Of a DNA stretch of 64,000 nt, positions 9,538-18,906 are shown one piece after another; within the stretch, counting starts at the first letter, position 1; each line of letters begins with the position of its first letter. The stretch covers positions 32,001 to 96,000 of the forward strand of contig CAVVPN010000011.1 of NCBI GenBank assembly GCA_963750165.1, given 5' to 3'. Made by a program: the position numbers and the translations under genes. The notes under the pieces were generated by a model, which saw only the letters and a list, made by a program, of their open reading frames with translations, was not told the DNA's origin and searched no databases. This DNA comes from an uncultured Gemmataceae bacterium (GTDB lineage Bacteria; Planctomycetota; Planctomycetia; Gemmatales; Gemmataceae).

Positions 9538-9649
9538 CTGGCGAGCGGCGCGGCGTCAGCCCGCCGGTGCATCCGAGTACCGGCGGCCTGACGCCGCGCC
9601 GTTCGCCAGCTTCCGAGTACCGGCGGGCTGACGCCGCGCCGCGCGCCAG
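9538..9649. repeat. REP-like palindromic element family A (three arms)
   Basis: GGCGAGCGGCGCGGCGTCAGCCCGCCGGT followed by two reverse-complement arms; second copy at 14926-14993. Confidence 0.85.
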
Positions 9650-9742
9650 GAGGCGGGATTCCCCTTGACCGGCCCCCGCCGCGCGCGACAATACCGCGAA
9701 GTGCGACACATACAACCGGCACACCTTCGTGGGGAGTCGAAC

Positions 9743-12049
9743 ATGCGCGGCGCGGGGCTGGCTTCATTGGGGTTTGTGGTTTTGCTAAGCCTGGGGTGGA
9801 CGACCACTGCCGAACCGGGCGGCGGCGACGGCAAGGGCGTCCGCAAGCCGTTCGGTCTGGAGAAGCGCGTGCCGTGGACGACTTCCAGAGTTCTCGGCTC
9901 GCCGGAGCCGCCGCCGCCGTACCGCACAGAACCGGCGTTCCCGAAGTTACCGAAGTTCGAGGAACCGCTTGACCTGACCTTCGCGCCGGGCACCAACCGC
10001 CTGTTCGTCGCCGGCCGCTGGGGCAAAATCTGGTCGTTCGTCAACAAGCGCGATGTCGAGAAAGCCGACCTCGCTCTGGAGCTGAAGACGAAGGGCGGCG
10101 GCAAGCAAATCATCTACGGCTTCACGATCCACCCGCGGTTCAAGGACAACGGCTATCTCTTTGTGACCTGGATTCCCGACCCGTCGAAGGAGAGGCAGCC
10201 GAAGGGCGCGCGTGTGTCGCGCTTCACGGTCAAGGGCGAGCCGCCGGTGATCGACCGCGCTTCGGAGAAGGTCATTTTCGAGTGGCCCAACGGCGGCCAC
10301 AACGGCGGCTGTCTGAAGTTCGGTCCAGACGGCTGCCTCTACCTGGCGACCGGCGACGGCTCCGGCATCGCGGACCAACTCAACATCGGCCAGGACCTCG
10401 GCAGTGTTTTCGCCAAGCTGCTGCGCCTCGACGTGGACAACGCGCCGCCTGGTCAGGGTTACGCCGTCCCGAAGGACAATCCGTTCGTCAAGATCAAGGG
10501 CGCCCGGCCCGAGGTTTATGCGTATGGGCTGCGGCAGCTGTGGCGCTTCAGCTTCGACCGCAAAACCGGCGACCTGTGGGGCGGCGAGGTCGGCCAGGAT
10601 TTGTGGGAGATGATTTACAAGATCGAAAAAGGTGGCAATTACGGCTGGTCGGTGATGGAGGGCACGCACCCGTTCCGGCCGGAGCGCAAGAAGGGACCGA
10701 CGCCGATCCTCAAGCCGGTGGTCGAACATCCGCACTCCGACTTCCGCTCCATCACCGGCGGCTTTGTCTATCGAGGCAAACGCCTGCGCGAACTGAGCGG
10801 GGCGCACACTTACATCTATGGCGATTTCGATACGGGCAGAATCTGGATGCTCGAATTGCAGCCCTGGTCGTCCGTGAGGGAAGGTAAGACTGTGCACGTG
10901 GTCGGCAATCACCGGGAACTCGCCCGCACCACTTATCGCATCGTCAGCTTCGGCGAGGATGCGGCCGGCGAACTCTACTTCCTCGACTTCACCGGCGGCG
11001 GCATCCATCAACTCGTCAAGGCGCCGGTCGCGAAACCGCAAGCGAAGTTTCCGCGCAAGCTCAGCGACACCGGCATCTTCACTTCCACCAAGGACCACAA
11101 GGTCGCGCCCGGCGTCATTCCGTATTCGGTCAACGCCCAGCTCTGGGGCGATCACGCTGCCAAGGAGCGCTTCCTCGCCATCCCCGGCAACGGTCAAATC
11201 GGCTTCGACGAGATCACGTATCCGCAACCGTCGCCCGGCGCCCCGCCCGGCTGGCGCTTCCCCGACGGCACCGTGCTCGTGAAGACCTTCAGCATGGACA
11301 TGGAGCGCGGCAATCCCAAAAGTCGCAAACGACTGGAGACACGCATCCTGCATTTCCAGCAGTTCCCCGGCACGCAGGAATACGGCGACCAGTACTGGCG
11401 CGGCTACACCTACGTCTGGAACGACGAGCAGACCGACGCCGAGCTGCTCGACGCCGCCGGGCTCGACAAGATGCTGAAGATCAAGATCGGCGACAAGACC
11501 GTGGAGCAGAAGTACCGCTTCCCGAGCCGGGCCGAATGCACCCTCTGTCACACGAACGCCGCCAAGTTCGCGCTCGGCGTCAGCACGCTGCAGATGAACC
11601 GCGATCATAACTATGACGGCGTGATTGCCAACCAGCTGGCGACGCTGAATCACATCGGCCTGTTCACGAAGAAGTTGCCCCAGACGCCGGACAAACTGCC
11701 CAGGCTCGCGGACTTCCACGACGAGAGGCAACCGCTGGACGTGCGCGCCCGCTCATACCTGCATTCCAATTGCAGCCATTGCCACATGAAATGGGGCGGC
11801 GGCAACGCGGAGTTCAAACTGCTGGCGACGCTGCCGTTGAATGAACTGGGCGTCGTCAACGTCAAGCCAGCGCACGGCGACTTCGGGCTCAAGGGGGCCA
11901 AACTGCTGGTGCCGGGCCATCCGGAACAGTCGATCATCCTCAACCGCATGGAGCGCACCGGCCTGGGCCGTATGCCGCACATCGGCTCGCACGTGCCCGA
12001 CGAGAAGGCGGTGCGGCTGATCCGCGACTGGATCAAGGACGTGAAGTGA
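9743..12049 (+). CDS. PQQ-dependent glucose/sorbosone dehydrogenase-family protein with C-terminal c-type heme domain
   Basis: GHNGGCLKFGPDGCLYLATGDG, YAYGLRQLWRFSFD and GGNYGW motifs; two CxxCH motifs (CTLCH, CSHCH); signal peptide. Confidence 0.9.
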   Translation: MRGAGLASLGFVVLLSLGWTTTAEPGGGDGKGVRKPFGLEKRVPWTTSRVLGSPEPPPPYRTEPAFPKLPKFEEPLDLTFAPGTNRLFVAGRWGKIWSFVNKRDVEKADLALELKTKGGGKQIIYGFTIHPRFKDNGYLFVTWIPDPSKERQPKGARVSRFTVKGEPPVIDRASEKVIFEWPNGGHNGGCLKFGPDGCLYLATGDGSGIADQLNIGQDLGSVFAKLLRLDVDNAPPGQGYAVPKDNPFVKIKGARPEVYAYGLRQLWRFSFDRKTGDLWGGEVGQDLWEMIYKIEKGGNYGWSVMEGTHPFRPERKKGPTPILKPVVEHPHSDFRSITGGFVYRGKRLRELSGAHTYIYGDFDTGRIWMLELQPWSSVREGKTVHVVGNHRELARTTYRIVSFGEDAAGELYFLDFTGGGIHQLVKAPVAKPQAKFPRKLSDTGIFTSTKDHKVAPGVIPYSVNAQLWGDHAAKERFLAIPGNGQIGFDEITYPQPSPGAPPGWRFPDGTVLVKTFSMDMERGNPKSRKRLETRILHFQQFPGTQEYGDQYWRGYTYVWNDEQTDAELLDAAGLDKMLKIKIGDKTVEQKYRFPSRAECTLCHTNAAKFALGVSTLQMNRDHNYDGVIANQLATLNHIGLFTKKLPQTPDKLPRLADFHDERQPLDVRARSYLHSNCSHCHMKWGGGNAEFKLLATLPLNELGVVNVKPAHGDFGLKGAKLLVPGHPEQSIILNRMERTGLGRMPHIGSHVPDEKAVRLIRDWIKDVK

Positions 12050-12099
12050 GCCGGACGGTTGCCGTGGAGATTTCCGAAGGGTTACGAGGAGGGCGAGTC

Positions 12100-14172
12100 A
12101 TGAGAGCATTGCACGTGCGTTCGCTGTCGTTGGTCGCCGTCCTGGCGGTGGTCCTGGGAGGTGCGTTCGCCTGGGAAACCGTGGGGGCGCAACCGGGCCC
12201 CGCGGGGAACAAGATCATCCCACGTCAGGAGCTGTTGGAGCGCTTCGACAAGCTCACGCCGAAGGACCGGCTGCAACTGGTCGAGAAGTTGCCGCAGGCC
12301 GCGAAGGAGTTTCAGCCGGCCGAGCGCGGCGACGTGGTGCTGATGGTCATGGCCCGCGGCACCCTGGAGTCCTCGAAGAACACCGACATTTACTGCACCG
12401 TCAAGCCGCGCGGCTTCGGCAACACCGTCGCCACCACGATCCGCTGGGTCATCGACAACGGCACGCGCGTCCAAAAGGGCGACCTCCTGGTCCAGCTGGA
12501 CGACGCCGACTTTCAGGAGCAAAAGACGGAGCAAAAGCACCTGCTGGACCTCGCGAGACTTGACGTGGAGAAGGCGGACGAGGATCTGAAACGGGTTGAG
12601 AAAGAGAACAAGCTGAAGGTGCGCCAGGGGGAGATCGGGCTGCGCCTCGCGGAACTGGCGTCGAAAAAGTATGCTGGCAACGACCCCGACGAGCGGGAGG
12701 CCCTGGAACTCCGGATCGAACAGGCTCGCCTGGGGCTCGAACTGGTGAAGGCCGGTGTCAAAACGCTGGAAATTTATGCCCGGAAGGACATTCTCGTCAA
12801 CAGGTCTCGCGCCATTGAGGCGGAGGCGCGGTTGCGGCAGACCGAGGAGCAGATCAAGGCGTGCAAGATCGTCGCACCGCAGGACGGCGTGGCGATGTAC
12901 TACGTTCCGGAGAACGTGCGCGGCGGCTCTGCCTCGCAACCGGCGATCGTCCCGGGCGAGCCGGTGCGCATGGGCCAGAAATTGCTGCAAATCCCCGACC
13001 TGAGCAAGATGCTCGTCATCGCCCGCGTTCCCGAGGCCCTCGTGTCCTACGTGCGTGGCGCCACCCCCGGCGACGCGGCCAGCCGACAGCGCGCTTTCAT
13101 CCGCGTGGACGCCTACCCCAAAAACGTCCTGCCGGGCTATGTAAGGGTGGTGGACACGGTCGCCACGCCGCAGGACATTTTTGCCTCGGACGTGAAGTAT
13201 TACAAGACCCTGGTCCAGCTGGAGAAGGTGCCGCCCGGTCTGAAGTCCGGCATGTCGGCCGAAGTCGCCATTGCGGCGGCGCGGCGGGCCGGAGTGGTGC
13301 GCGTGCCGGTGCAGTCCGTCGTGCGCGCCGGCAAGGAGCGCTACTGCTACGTCAAGAGCGACGGGGGGATTCAGAAGCGATCGGTGACGCTGGGGCTGGC
13401 CAACGAGGTGGTGGTGGAGGTCGCGGAAGGCGTCAAGGAAGGAGAAGTGGTCCTGCGCGACCCGCATGGCGTGCTGCGCCGCCTGAGCGCATTCTTGGCG
13501 GCGCCGGCCAAGGGCACCAACCTGCTGCGCGTCCACAGCGAGTTGACCAAGGAAATGCAGGGAAAGTCGCGGGCCTGGGTCAACACCTACGGCCTGACGG
13601 ACGCGGACCTGAAGCGGATCGCCGCCCTGCCGGCGGTGACGCAGGTGGTGCCGGTGCGCCGCTTCCCGCAGGTGGTGCGGCACCTGAACCGGGTCCACAC
13701 CGGGCTCATCATCGGCACCACGCCGGCGTTCGCGGACCTGTTCGGGCTGCGGCCGCAAGACGGCCGCTTCCTGACCGCGACGGACGGGGCCGACGGCAAC
13801 AACGTGGCGGTGCTCGGTGCCGTCGCGGCGGAGGCGTTGTTCCCCGACGGCGCGGCGGTGGGCCAGGTGGTCACCGTGGGCAAGGAGGCGTTTACCGTGG
13901 TTGGGGTGTTGCAGGATCAGGCCCCCGGCGGGGTGTTCGCGTTCGAGCTTGACCGCAGCGTGTTCGTGCCGCTGTCCACCAGCCGGTCGCGCCTCGGTGA
14001 GCGCGTCATTGTGCAGCACGACGGCTATCGCACGGGTGAGGCGGTGCAGTTGCACGACCTTTATGTGACGGTCGCGGGGCCGCAAGACGTTGCCGGCACC
14101 CGCGCGGCCATCCACACGTTGCTCGAAGATTTCCACCAGCAGAAGGACTGGATCATTCAGGCGGGCGGGTAA
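12100..14172 (+). CDS. Efflux membrane-fusion (MacA/HlyD-like) protein fused to a MacB-like periplasmic core domain
   Basis: GTRVQKGDLLVQLD, IVAPQDG, LKSGMSAEV and GVKEGEVV (MFP), then GTNLLRV...YGLTDADL...GRFL...VVGVL...VFVPLST (MacB_PCD); GAGGAGG RBS. Confidence 0.8.
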   Translation: MRALHVRSLSLVAVLAVVLGGAFAWETVGAQPGPAGNKIIPRQELLERFDKLTPKDRLQLVEKLPQAAKEFQPAERGDVVLMVMARGTLESSKNTDIYCTVKPRGFGNTVATTIRWVIDNGTRVQKGDLLVQLDDADFQEQKTEQKHLLDLARLDVEKADEDLKRVEKENKLKVRQGEIGLRLAELASKKYAGNDPDEREALELRIEQARLGLELVKAGVKTLEIYARKDILVNRSRAIEAEARLRQTEEQIKACKIVAPQDGVAMYYVPENVRGGSASQPAIVPGEPVRMGQKLLQIPDLSKMLVIARVPEALVSYVRGATPGDAASRQRAFIRVDAYPKNVLPGYVRVVDTVATPQDIFASDVKYYKTLVQLEKVPPGLKSGMSAEVAIAAARRAGVVRVPVQSVVRAGKERYCYVKSDGGIQKRSVTLGLANEVVVEVAEGVKEGEVVLRDPHGVLRRLSAFLAAPAKGTNLLRVHSELTKEMQGKSRAWVNTYGLTDADLKRIAALPAVTQVVPVRRFPQVVRHLNRVHTGLIIGTTPAFADLFGLRPQDGRFLTATDGADGNNVAVLGAVAAEALFPDGAAVGQVVTVGKEAFTVVGVLQDQAPGGVFAFELDRSVFVPLSTSRSRLGERVIVQHDGYRTGEAVQLHDLYVTVAGPQDVAGTRAAIHTLLEDFHQQKDWIIQAGG

Positions 14173-14223
14173 AGCGGACAGTTGCCCTGGAGATTTCCAA
14201 AGGTTCTACGAGGAGGGCGGGTC

Positions 14224-14472
14224 ATGAGTGCCTGGCGTACGAGCGCGCTGTCGTTGGCCGTGCTCCTGGTGGTGGCCCTGGGAGGCTCGCTCGCCTGGGA
14301 GTGGGCCAGTGAGCAACCGAGCCCCGCGGGGGATCAACACGCTCTCAGCCTGAAGCGCTTCGACCTGCTGACGAAAGCGGCGGGGAATTCCAGACGCCGG
14401 GCAAGCGCTCCATGCAGAAAGTTCAGCAAGACTGCGCCGTTTTCGGAGGAAATCCGTCAGGCGGTCTGCTAA
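14224..14472 (+). pseudogene. Truncated duplicate of the 5' end of the upstream MFP gene
   Basis: RBS region and first ~50 codons resemble 12053-12260 (SLAVLLVVALGGSLAWE vs SLVAVLAVVLGGAFAWE; RFDLLT vs RFDKLT), then similarity stops. Confidence 0.55.
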
Positions 14473-14523
14473 GCTGGCGCGTCGTCAGCGCTCGCCGTCT
14501 CGTGCAACAACAAGGAGCCGCCA

Positions 14524-14898
14524 ATGTCCGCCCCCGTCGTGCCGGAAGGGTCCAAGGTCAAGCTGTCGGTCATCAAGGGCCTGCGTGTCGGCAAGAACTA
14601 CGCCCTGAAAGAAGGCGTCACCTACGTCGGCCGCAAGGGGCCGCTGGCGGTGGACGTGGACCTGACCGACCAGGAGAATCCCGGTGTGGCCGTCAAGGTC
14701 AACCGCTTTGCCCTGATCTGGTTCGACAAGAACGGTTTGGGCATCGCCGACACCGGCCGCCGCGTCACCGCCATCAACGGCACGCCCATCGCCTCCGGCA
14801 AGCGCTTCCCGCTCAAGGGCGAGGACACCCTGAAGTTCGGCAAGACCGTTCTGCAGGTCAAGGTCATCCTCAAGAAGAGGACGGCCGCCCAGAAGTGA
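14524..14898 (+). CDS. Stand-alone FHA-like domain protein (degenerate)
   Basis: KLSVIKG...YVGR...DVDLTDQE...NG...LKGEDTLKFGKTVL; AAGGAG RBS. Confidence 0.75.
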   Translation: MSAPVVPEGSKVKLSVIKGLRVGKNYALKEGVTYVGRKGPLAVDVDLTDQENPGVAVKVNRFALIWFDKNGLGIADTGRRVTAINGTPIASGKRFPLKGEDTLKFGKTVLQVKVILKKRTAAQK

Positions 14899-14925
14899 GC
14901 GCTGCCTCTCGCCGGTCCTGGCTTT

Positions 14926-14993
14926 GGCGAGCAGCGCGGCGTCAGCCCGCCGGTGCTGGGAAGTACCGACGGGCTGACGCCGCGCCGCTCGCC
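14926..14993. repeat. REP-like palindromic element family A
   Basis: GGCGAGCAGCGCGGCGTCAGCCCGCCGGT ... ACCGACGGGCTGACGCCGCGCCGCTCGCC between convergent genes. Confidence 0.85.
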
Positions 14994-15023
14994 GTGGTGT
15001 TCTCTGGAGCTAAACGGAATCCT

Positions 15024-15866
15024 TTATTCTTCGATGCGCCCCAGCAAGCCCGGGGCGGCCTCCCCGCCGGCGCCGTTACCGCCGACCACGAGCGCCGGCC
15101 ACGCCTGCGGCCCGGTCAGCGTCGCCCGCTGCACCACGAACGCCACCTCCGCCGGCAGCGCTGCCGCCGGGGCCTCGAGTTCCGCCCCGATCAGGCCAGC
15201 CGTCCGCAGTTCCGCCAGCGCCAGCCACGGCGGATGTAGCAGTTCGCCGCACAGCACCCAGCCCAGCACCGACGCCCGGCCACGCAGCCGCAGCGCCGCC
15301 GCCACGTCCGCCGCCGTCCGCAACCGGCCGAGCACCAGCAGCCCGAAGCGATCCGCCACGTCCCAGGGTTGCGTCACCCCGTCGCGCACATCGGTCAGCA
15401 GCAGGTTGACGCCGCGGTCGTGCAGCGCCCGGGCCTCGTCCTCGGTGAGCGTTTCGCGGCGGACGCCGTGCAGCGGCAGTGGTTTGCCGTTGACGCGCAG
15501 CCCTGGCGGCCCGATTTGCAGCACGCGCAGTCCGTGGCTGACCCGCACCTGATCGTAACGACGGCCGTCCTGCCACAATTCCAGCGGGCCATCGTACAGG
15601 AACGGCGTCTGCGGCTCCCACAGGCTCGGCTCGGGGATCAGGATGCGGGCCTGGTAGCCGCCAGCGGCGCCGAGCGCCGCCGGCAGCGGCCGCAGCGGGT
15701 AGGCGATTTCCACGGTGGCGGCGTAGGGGCAGCGCGGCCCCATCAGGCGGCCGCGGACCTCGACAGCCGCCGCGTCCGGTTCGGTCTGGAGTGCCACCCA
15801 CAGTTCCGCCTCGGCCGGATTGAGGCGGTGGTTGGCCAGGCGCACGGCACGGATGCGGGGGTTCAT
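15024..15866 (-). CDS. Hypothetical protein with GH2-like segment (Ig plus partial TIM-barrel), probably non-catalytic
   Basis: PSLWEPQTPFLY, HGLRVL...LRVNGKPLPLHGV, GVNLL and ADRFGLLV resemble glycoside hydrolase family 2; only 280 aa. Confidence 0.6.
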   Translation of the reverse strand: MNPRIRAVRLANHRLNPAEAELWVALQTEPDAAAVEVRGRLMGPRCPYAATVEIAYPLRPLPAALGAAGGYQARILIPEPSLWEPQTPFLYDGPLELWQDGRRYDQVRVSHGLRVLQIGPPGLRVNGKPLPLHGVRRETLTEDEARALHDRGVNLLLTDVRDGVTQPWDVADRFGLLVLGRLRTAADVAAALRLRGRASVLGWVLCGELLHPPWLALAELRTAGLIGAELEAPAAALPAEVAFVVQRATLTGPQAWPALVVGGNGAGGEAAPGLLGRIEE

Positions 15867-15870
15867 GGTG

Positions 15871-16899
15871 TCACACGATGAGCATCGCGTCTCCGTAACT
15901 GTAAAACCGATAGCGCTGGTCCACGGCGGCCTGATACGCTCGCCGCGTCAGCTCGACGCCGGCGAAGGCGCTGACGAGCAGCAGCAGACTGGTGCGCGGC
16001 AGGTGGAAGTTGGTCACCAAGGCGTCCACAGCGCGGAAGGCGTAGGGCGGGTAGATGAACAGGTCCGTTTCGCCGCTCCAGGGCCGCAGCGGGTCGGCCG
16101 CAGCCGCTGTCTCAAGCACGCGCACCGCCGTGGTGCCGACCGCGACCACACGACCGCCACGCCGGCGGCAGTCCGCGATGGACGCGACCGCCTCGGCGGA
16201 CAGTTCGCCCCACTCACGGTGCATGCGATGCTGCGTCACGTCGTCCGCCTGGATCGGCTGGAAGGTGCCGCGGCCGACGTGCAGGGTCACGAACGTCCAG
16301 CCGACGCCGCGCTGCTGCAGGCGGTCGAAGAGTTTCGGCGTGAAGTGCAGGCCGGCGGTGGGCGCGGCGACGGCGCCGGCGTGGCGGGCGTAGACGGTCT
16401 GATAGCGATCGCGGTCGGCGTCGGCGGCGCGGCCCTTGCGGATGTACGGCGGCAGCGGCACCTGGCCGTGCTGGGCCAGCAACTCGACCGGACTGCCCGG
16501 CAGGCTCGGCTGCGCCAGCCAGGTGCCGTCCGGCGTTCGGCGGAGCAATTGTAGTTGCAACGGCCCCGGTTCGACCTCGATGGTTTCATCGGCGACGAGG
16601 CGGCCGCGCGTCTGGCACAGCAGCTCCCAGGCCCCTTCCATTTCGCGCAGGAACAATCCTTGCCACTTGCCGCCGGTGCGGCCGCGACGGCCGAGCAGCC
16701 GGGAGTGCAGGACGCGCGTGTCGTTGAGTACGAGCAGGTCGCCGGGCGCCAGCAGGTCGGGCAGGTCGCGGAAGACGTGATGGCTCAGGGTGGCGTCGGC
16801 ACGGCGGACGAGCAGCAGGCGCGAGTGGTCGCGCGGCTCCAGCGGTTGCTGGGCGATGAGGTCGGGCGGCAGCAGGTAGTCGAACGCATCGAGCTGCAT
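15871..16899 (-). CDS. queA: S-adenosylmethionine:tRNA ribosyltransferase-isomerase
   Basis: FDYLLP..LIAQ, PLPPYI, AAPTAGLHFT, TLHVGRGTF, TNFHLP and YRFYSYGDAM. Confidence 0.98.
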   Translation of the reverse strand: MQLDAFDYLLPPDLIAQQPLEPRDHSRLLLVRRADATLSHHVFRDLPDLLAPGDLLVLNDTRVLHSRLLGRRGRTGGKWQGLFLREMEGAWELLCQTRGRLVADETIEVEPGPLQLQLLRRTPDGTWLAQPSLPGSPVELLAQHGQVPLPPYIRKGRAADADRDRYQTVYARHAGAVAAPTAGLHFTPKLFDRLQQRGVGWTFVTLHVGRGTFQPIQADDVTQHRMHREWGELSAEAVASIADCRRRGGRVVAVGTTAVRVLETAAAADPLRPWSGETDLFIYPPYAFRAVDALVTNFHLPRTSLLLLVSAFAGVELTRRAYQAAVDQRYRFYSYGDAMLIV

Positions 16900-16987
16900 G
16901 ACGACCGATCAATGACTCCGCCTGCCGCCACTGGCGGCGCAGCGTTCCCCCGCTACGCCACCAGCGGCAGAACGAAAACCGCTCCGC

Positions 16988-17579
16988 TCATTTAAAGCCC
17001 TTGATCCAGTTATCGAAGCCCGCCTTGTTCTCTGCCATCGTCTTGGCGGGGCCGGTCAGCGTGATGAAATACGGCCCCTTCTCGCTGTCGAAGACGACGC
17101 CGAAACGGCGGAAATCGCGCTTCCGCTGGGTCTTGGCGTTGGGGTCGAATGGCGGGTTCTTGTACAGGAAGGTGCCGCGCACGTCCAGGTAAGTCACCGC
17201 GACGTTGCCGACCTTGAACTTCTCGACCCTGGACATCTCGTCGATGGTCTTGTCTTCGGGCGGCACGAAGAAGCCTTTCCAGCGCTTGATGTTGTCATCC
17301 ACGTCACCGCCGCCGCCCTGGCCGAAGTAGAAGACCACCAGTTCGGCGTCCTCCAGATCGCCCTTGGCCTTCGGCACACGATACTGGTAGGCGCGGAACT
17401 TGTTGCTGGGCTTCTCCATCTTCCAGCCAGCCGGCAGGCGCGATTTCAAATCGTCGAGCGTGATCTCATCGCCCTTTTTGTCGCCGGCCTTCTGCGGCTC
17501 GGCGGTGCTCTCGCTGGAGTCCGCCGCGCAGGCCCAGCGCCGCGCAGCCCAGCACGATCAGCCCCAGTATGCGTTTCAT
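16988..17579 (-). CDS. Conserved hypothetical exported/lipoprotein (1-nt frameshift near 17531)
   Basis: AAGGAG RBS plus MKRILGLIVLGCAALG joins CAADSSE...LKSRLPAGWK...GGGGDVDDNIKRWKGFF...GPYFITLTGP if one C is removed. Confidence 0.7.
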
Positions 17580-17628
17580 CAATAGCGCTCCTTCCCGTGA
17601 CAGCGTTGGCAGGTCAGTCCCCTGTCAG

Positions 17629-17778
17629 TTAATGCCGCCGCGCCGGCGCCGGCAAGGGGCTGAGGAGATGGCTCCAGATCACGTGCGAGTACGGCGCGGC
17701 CATCGACCTGACCGAGCTGGGGTCGCCGACCATCCATTTCGCGTCGGCGAGCCGTGTGACGAGGAAGTCCCGCTGCAT
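17629..17778 (-). CDS. Putative 49-aa small protein
   Basis: MQRDFLVTRLADAKWMVGDPSSVRSMAAPYSHVIWSHLLSPLPAPARRH; 45 of 49 codons end in G/C; same strand as both neighbours. Confidence 0.45.
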   Translation of the reverse strand: MQRDFLVTRLADAKWMVGDPSSVRSMAAPYSHVIWSHLLSPLPAPARRH

Positions 17779-17850
17779 GGCAACCTTGGTCTGTTTGACG
17801 TTGCGGCGGTCGCGCACGAGGCGATTGAAAGACAGGCATTGCCTCTTTCT

Positions 17851-17882
17851 CCCTGTCACCCTGTCACCTTGTCATCTTGTCA
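17851..17882. repeat. 8-mer tandem array (CCYTGTCA-like x4) overlapping a stop codon
   Basis: ccctgtca ccctgtca ccttgtca tcttgtca; the last unit contains the TGA of the CoA-transferase gene. Confidence 0.75.
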
Positions 17883-18713
17883 TCCTTCCCGGACTCCCAC
17901 GAGCGGCAGATCACGGGCCAGCGCCCACGCCTCCCACTCGGCGGCGGTTCGGGTCAGGAACGCCTGTTGCAATTGCTCGCGGTCGGGGACGGTCAGGCCC
18001 AGTTCGCGAGTCAATCGCTCCCAGAAGTGCGGCTCCAGCGCGGCGACGGCGACCCAGCCTGTGCGCGCCCGGTAGAGGTGGTAGCCTGGAAAGGCGCCGC
18101 CCAGGACGCCGTTGGGCGTGGTCAGGCCGTACCGCAGCGGTGCGGCGAAGTCCTCCGCCGCCTCCGCCAGACTGACGTGGGCGAATCCGGCCCCCTGGCC
18201 GCGCTCGCGCCCCAGCAGCAGGGCCAGGGCCGTCGTGACGACGCGCTCCGCCCCAGCCAGGTCGGCCAGGCAGGTGCGCGGCAGTCCGGGCGGCTCCACC
18301 AGGCCCGCCAGCGCCTGATAGGTCAGGTCGTGTCCGGGGAGGTCTTCGCGCGGCGATGGGTAGCCCATGATTGCCACCTGGCAGAGGCGCGGGTGACGGG
18401 CGTGCAACGCGGCCCAGTCGAGCCCCAGCCGCGCCAGCGCCGCCGGCCGGGTCGCGGTGAGCAGCAAGTCCGAATGGGCGAGCAGGGCTTCCAGCTGGCC
18501 ACGGCCCTCGCCTCCCTTGAGGTCAAGTGTGTGGATGGTCTGGCCGCGGTGGAGCAACTCATACCATTGCGGCAGAACGCGGCCGAGCGGGTCCCCCGTG
18601 GGCGGTTCCACCTTGACCACCGTGGCGCCCAGCCGGCCCAGGTGCGCCGCGGCCAGCGGTCCCGGCAGGTTGACGGCGAGCGTGAGCACCTGGATTCCCT
18701 CAAGCGGTTTCAT
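17880..18713 (-). CDS. CaiB/BaiF (family III) CoA transferase
   Basis: PLEGIQVL, LPGP, LGATVVKVEPPTGD, GHDLTYQA and ALEPHFW motifs. Confidence 0.9.
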   Translation of the reverse strand: MKPLEGIQVLTLAVNLPGPLAAAHLGRLGATVVKVEPPTGDPLGRVLPQWYELLHRGQTIHTLDLKGGEGRGQLEALLAHSDLLLTATRPAALARLGLDWAALHARHPRLCQVAIMGYPSPREDLPGHDLTYQALAGLVEPPGLPRTCLADLAGAERVVTTALALLLGRERGQGAGFAHVSLAEAAEDFAAPLRYGLTTPNGVLGGAFPGYHLYRARTGWVAVAALEPHFWERLTRELGLTVPDREQLQQAFLTRTAAEWEAWALARDLPLVGVREG

Positions 18714-18727
18714 GAGACTTCTCCGCA

Positions 18728-18855
18728 GCGCACCACCGGGGAGCCTGGAGGCGCACCCTGAAGCTCGATCCGCGCTTGGCGCGTTCAGTTACCCGAGTCC
18801 ATAATGGTTGGGCCTTGCACCCTTCCGCCTCGCTCCCCGGAGACCGCCCATGCGC
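18728..18855. ncRNA. Unassigned structured RNA candidate
   Basis: Nested complementarity: GCGCA/TGCGC, CCGGGGAGC/GCTCCCCGG, GAGGCG/CGCCTC, CTGAA/TTCAG, CGCGC/GCGCG. Confidence 0.3.
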
Positions 18856-18906
18856 GCCACCGTCAGCCTCGTGTCGGGTCGCGCCAGTCTGTTGCCGCAA
18901 CGCGCT

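Noticed and set aside
18731..18880. ZTP (pfl) riboswitch
   Set aside because: GACTGGCG...GGTGG...CCGGGGAGCG resembles it, but the P2 complement and the 3' CGCCTGGGC hairpin are missing, and the downstream gene is not purine/folate related.
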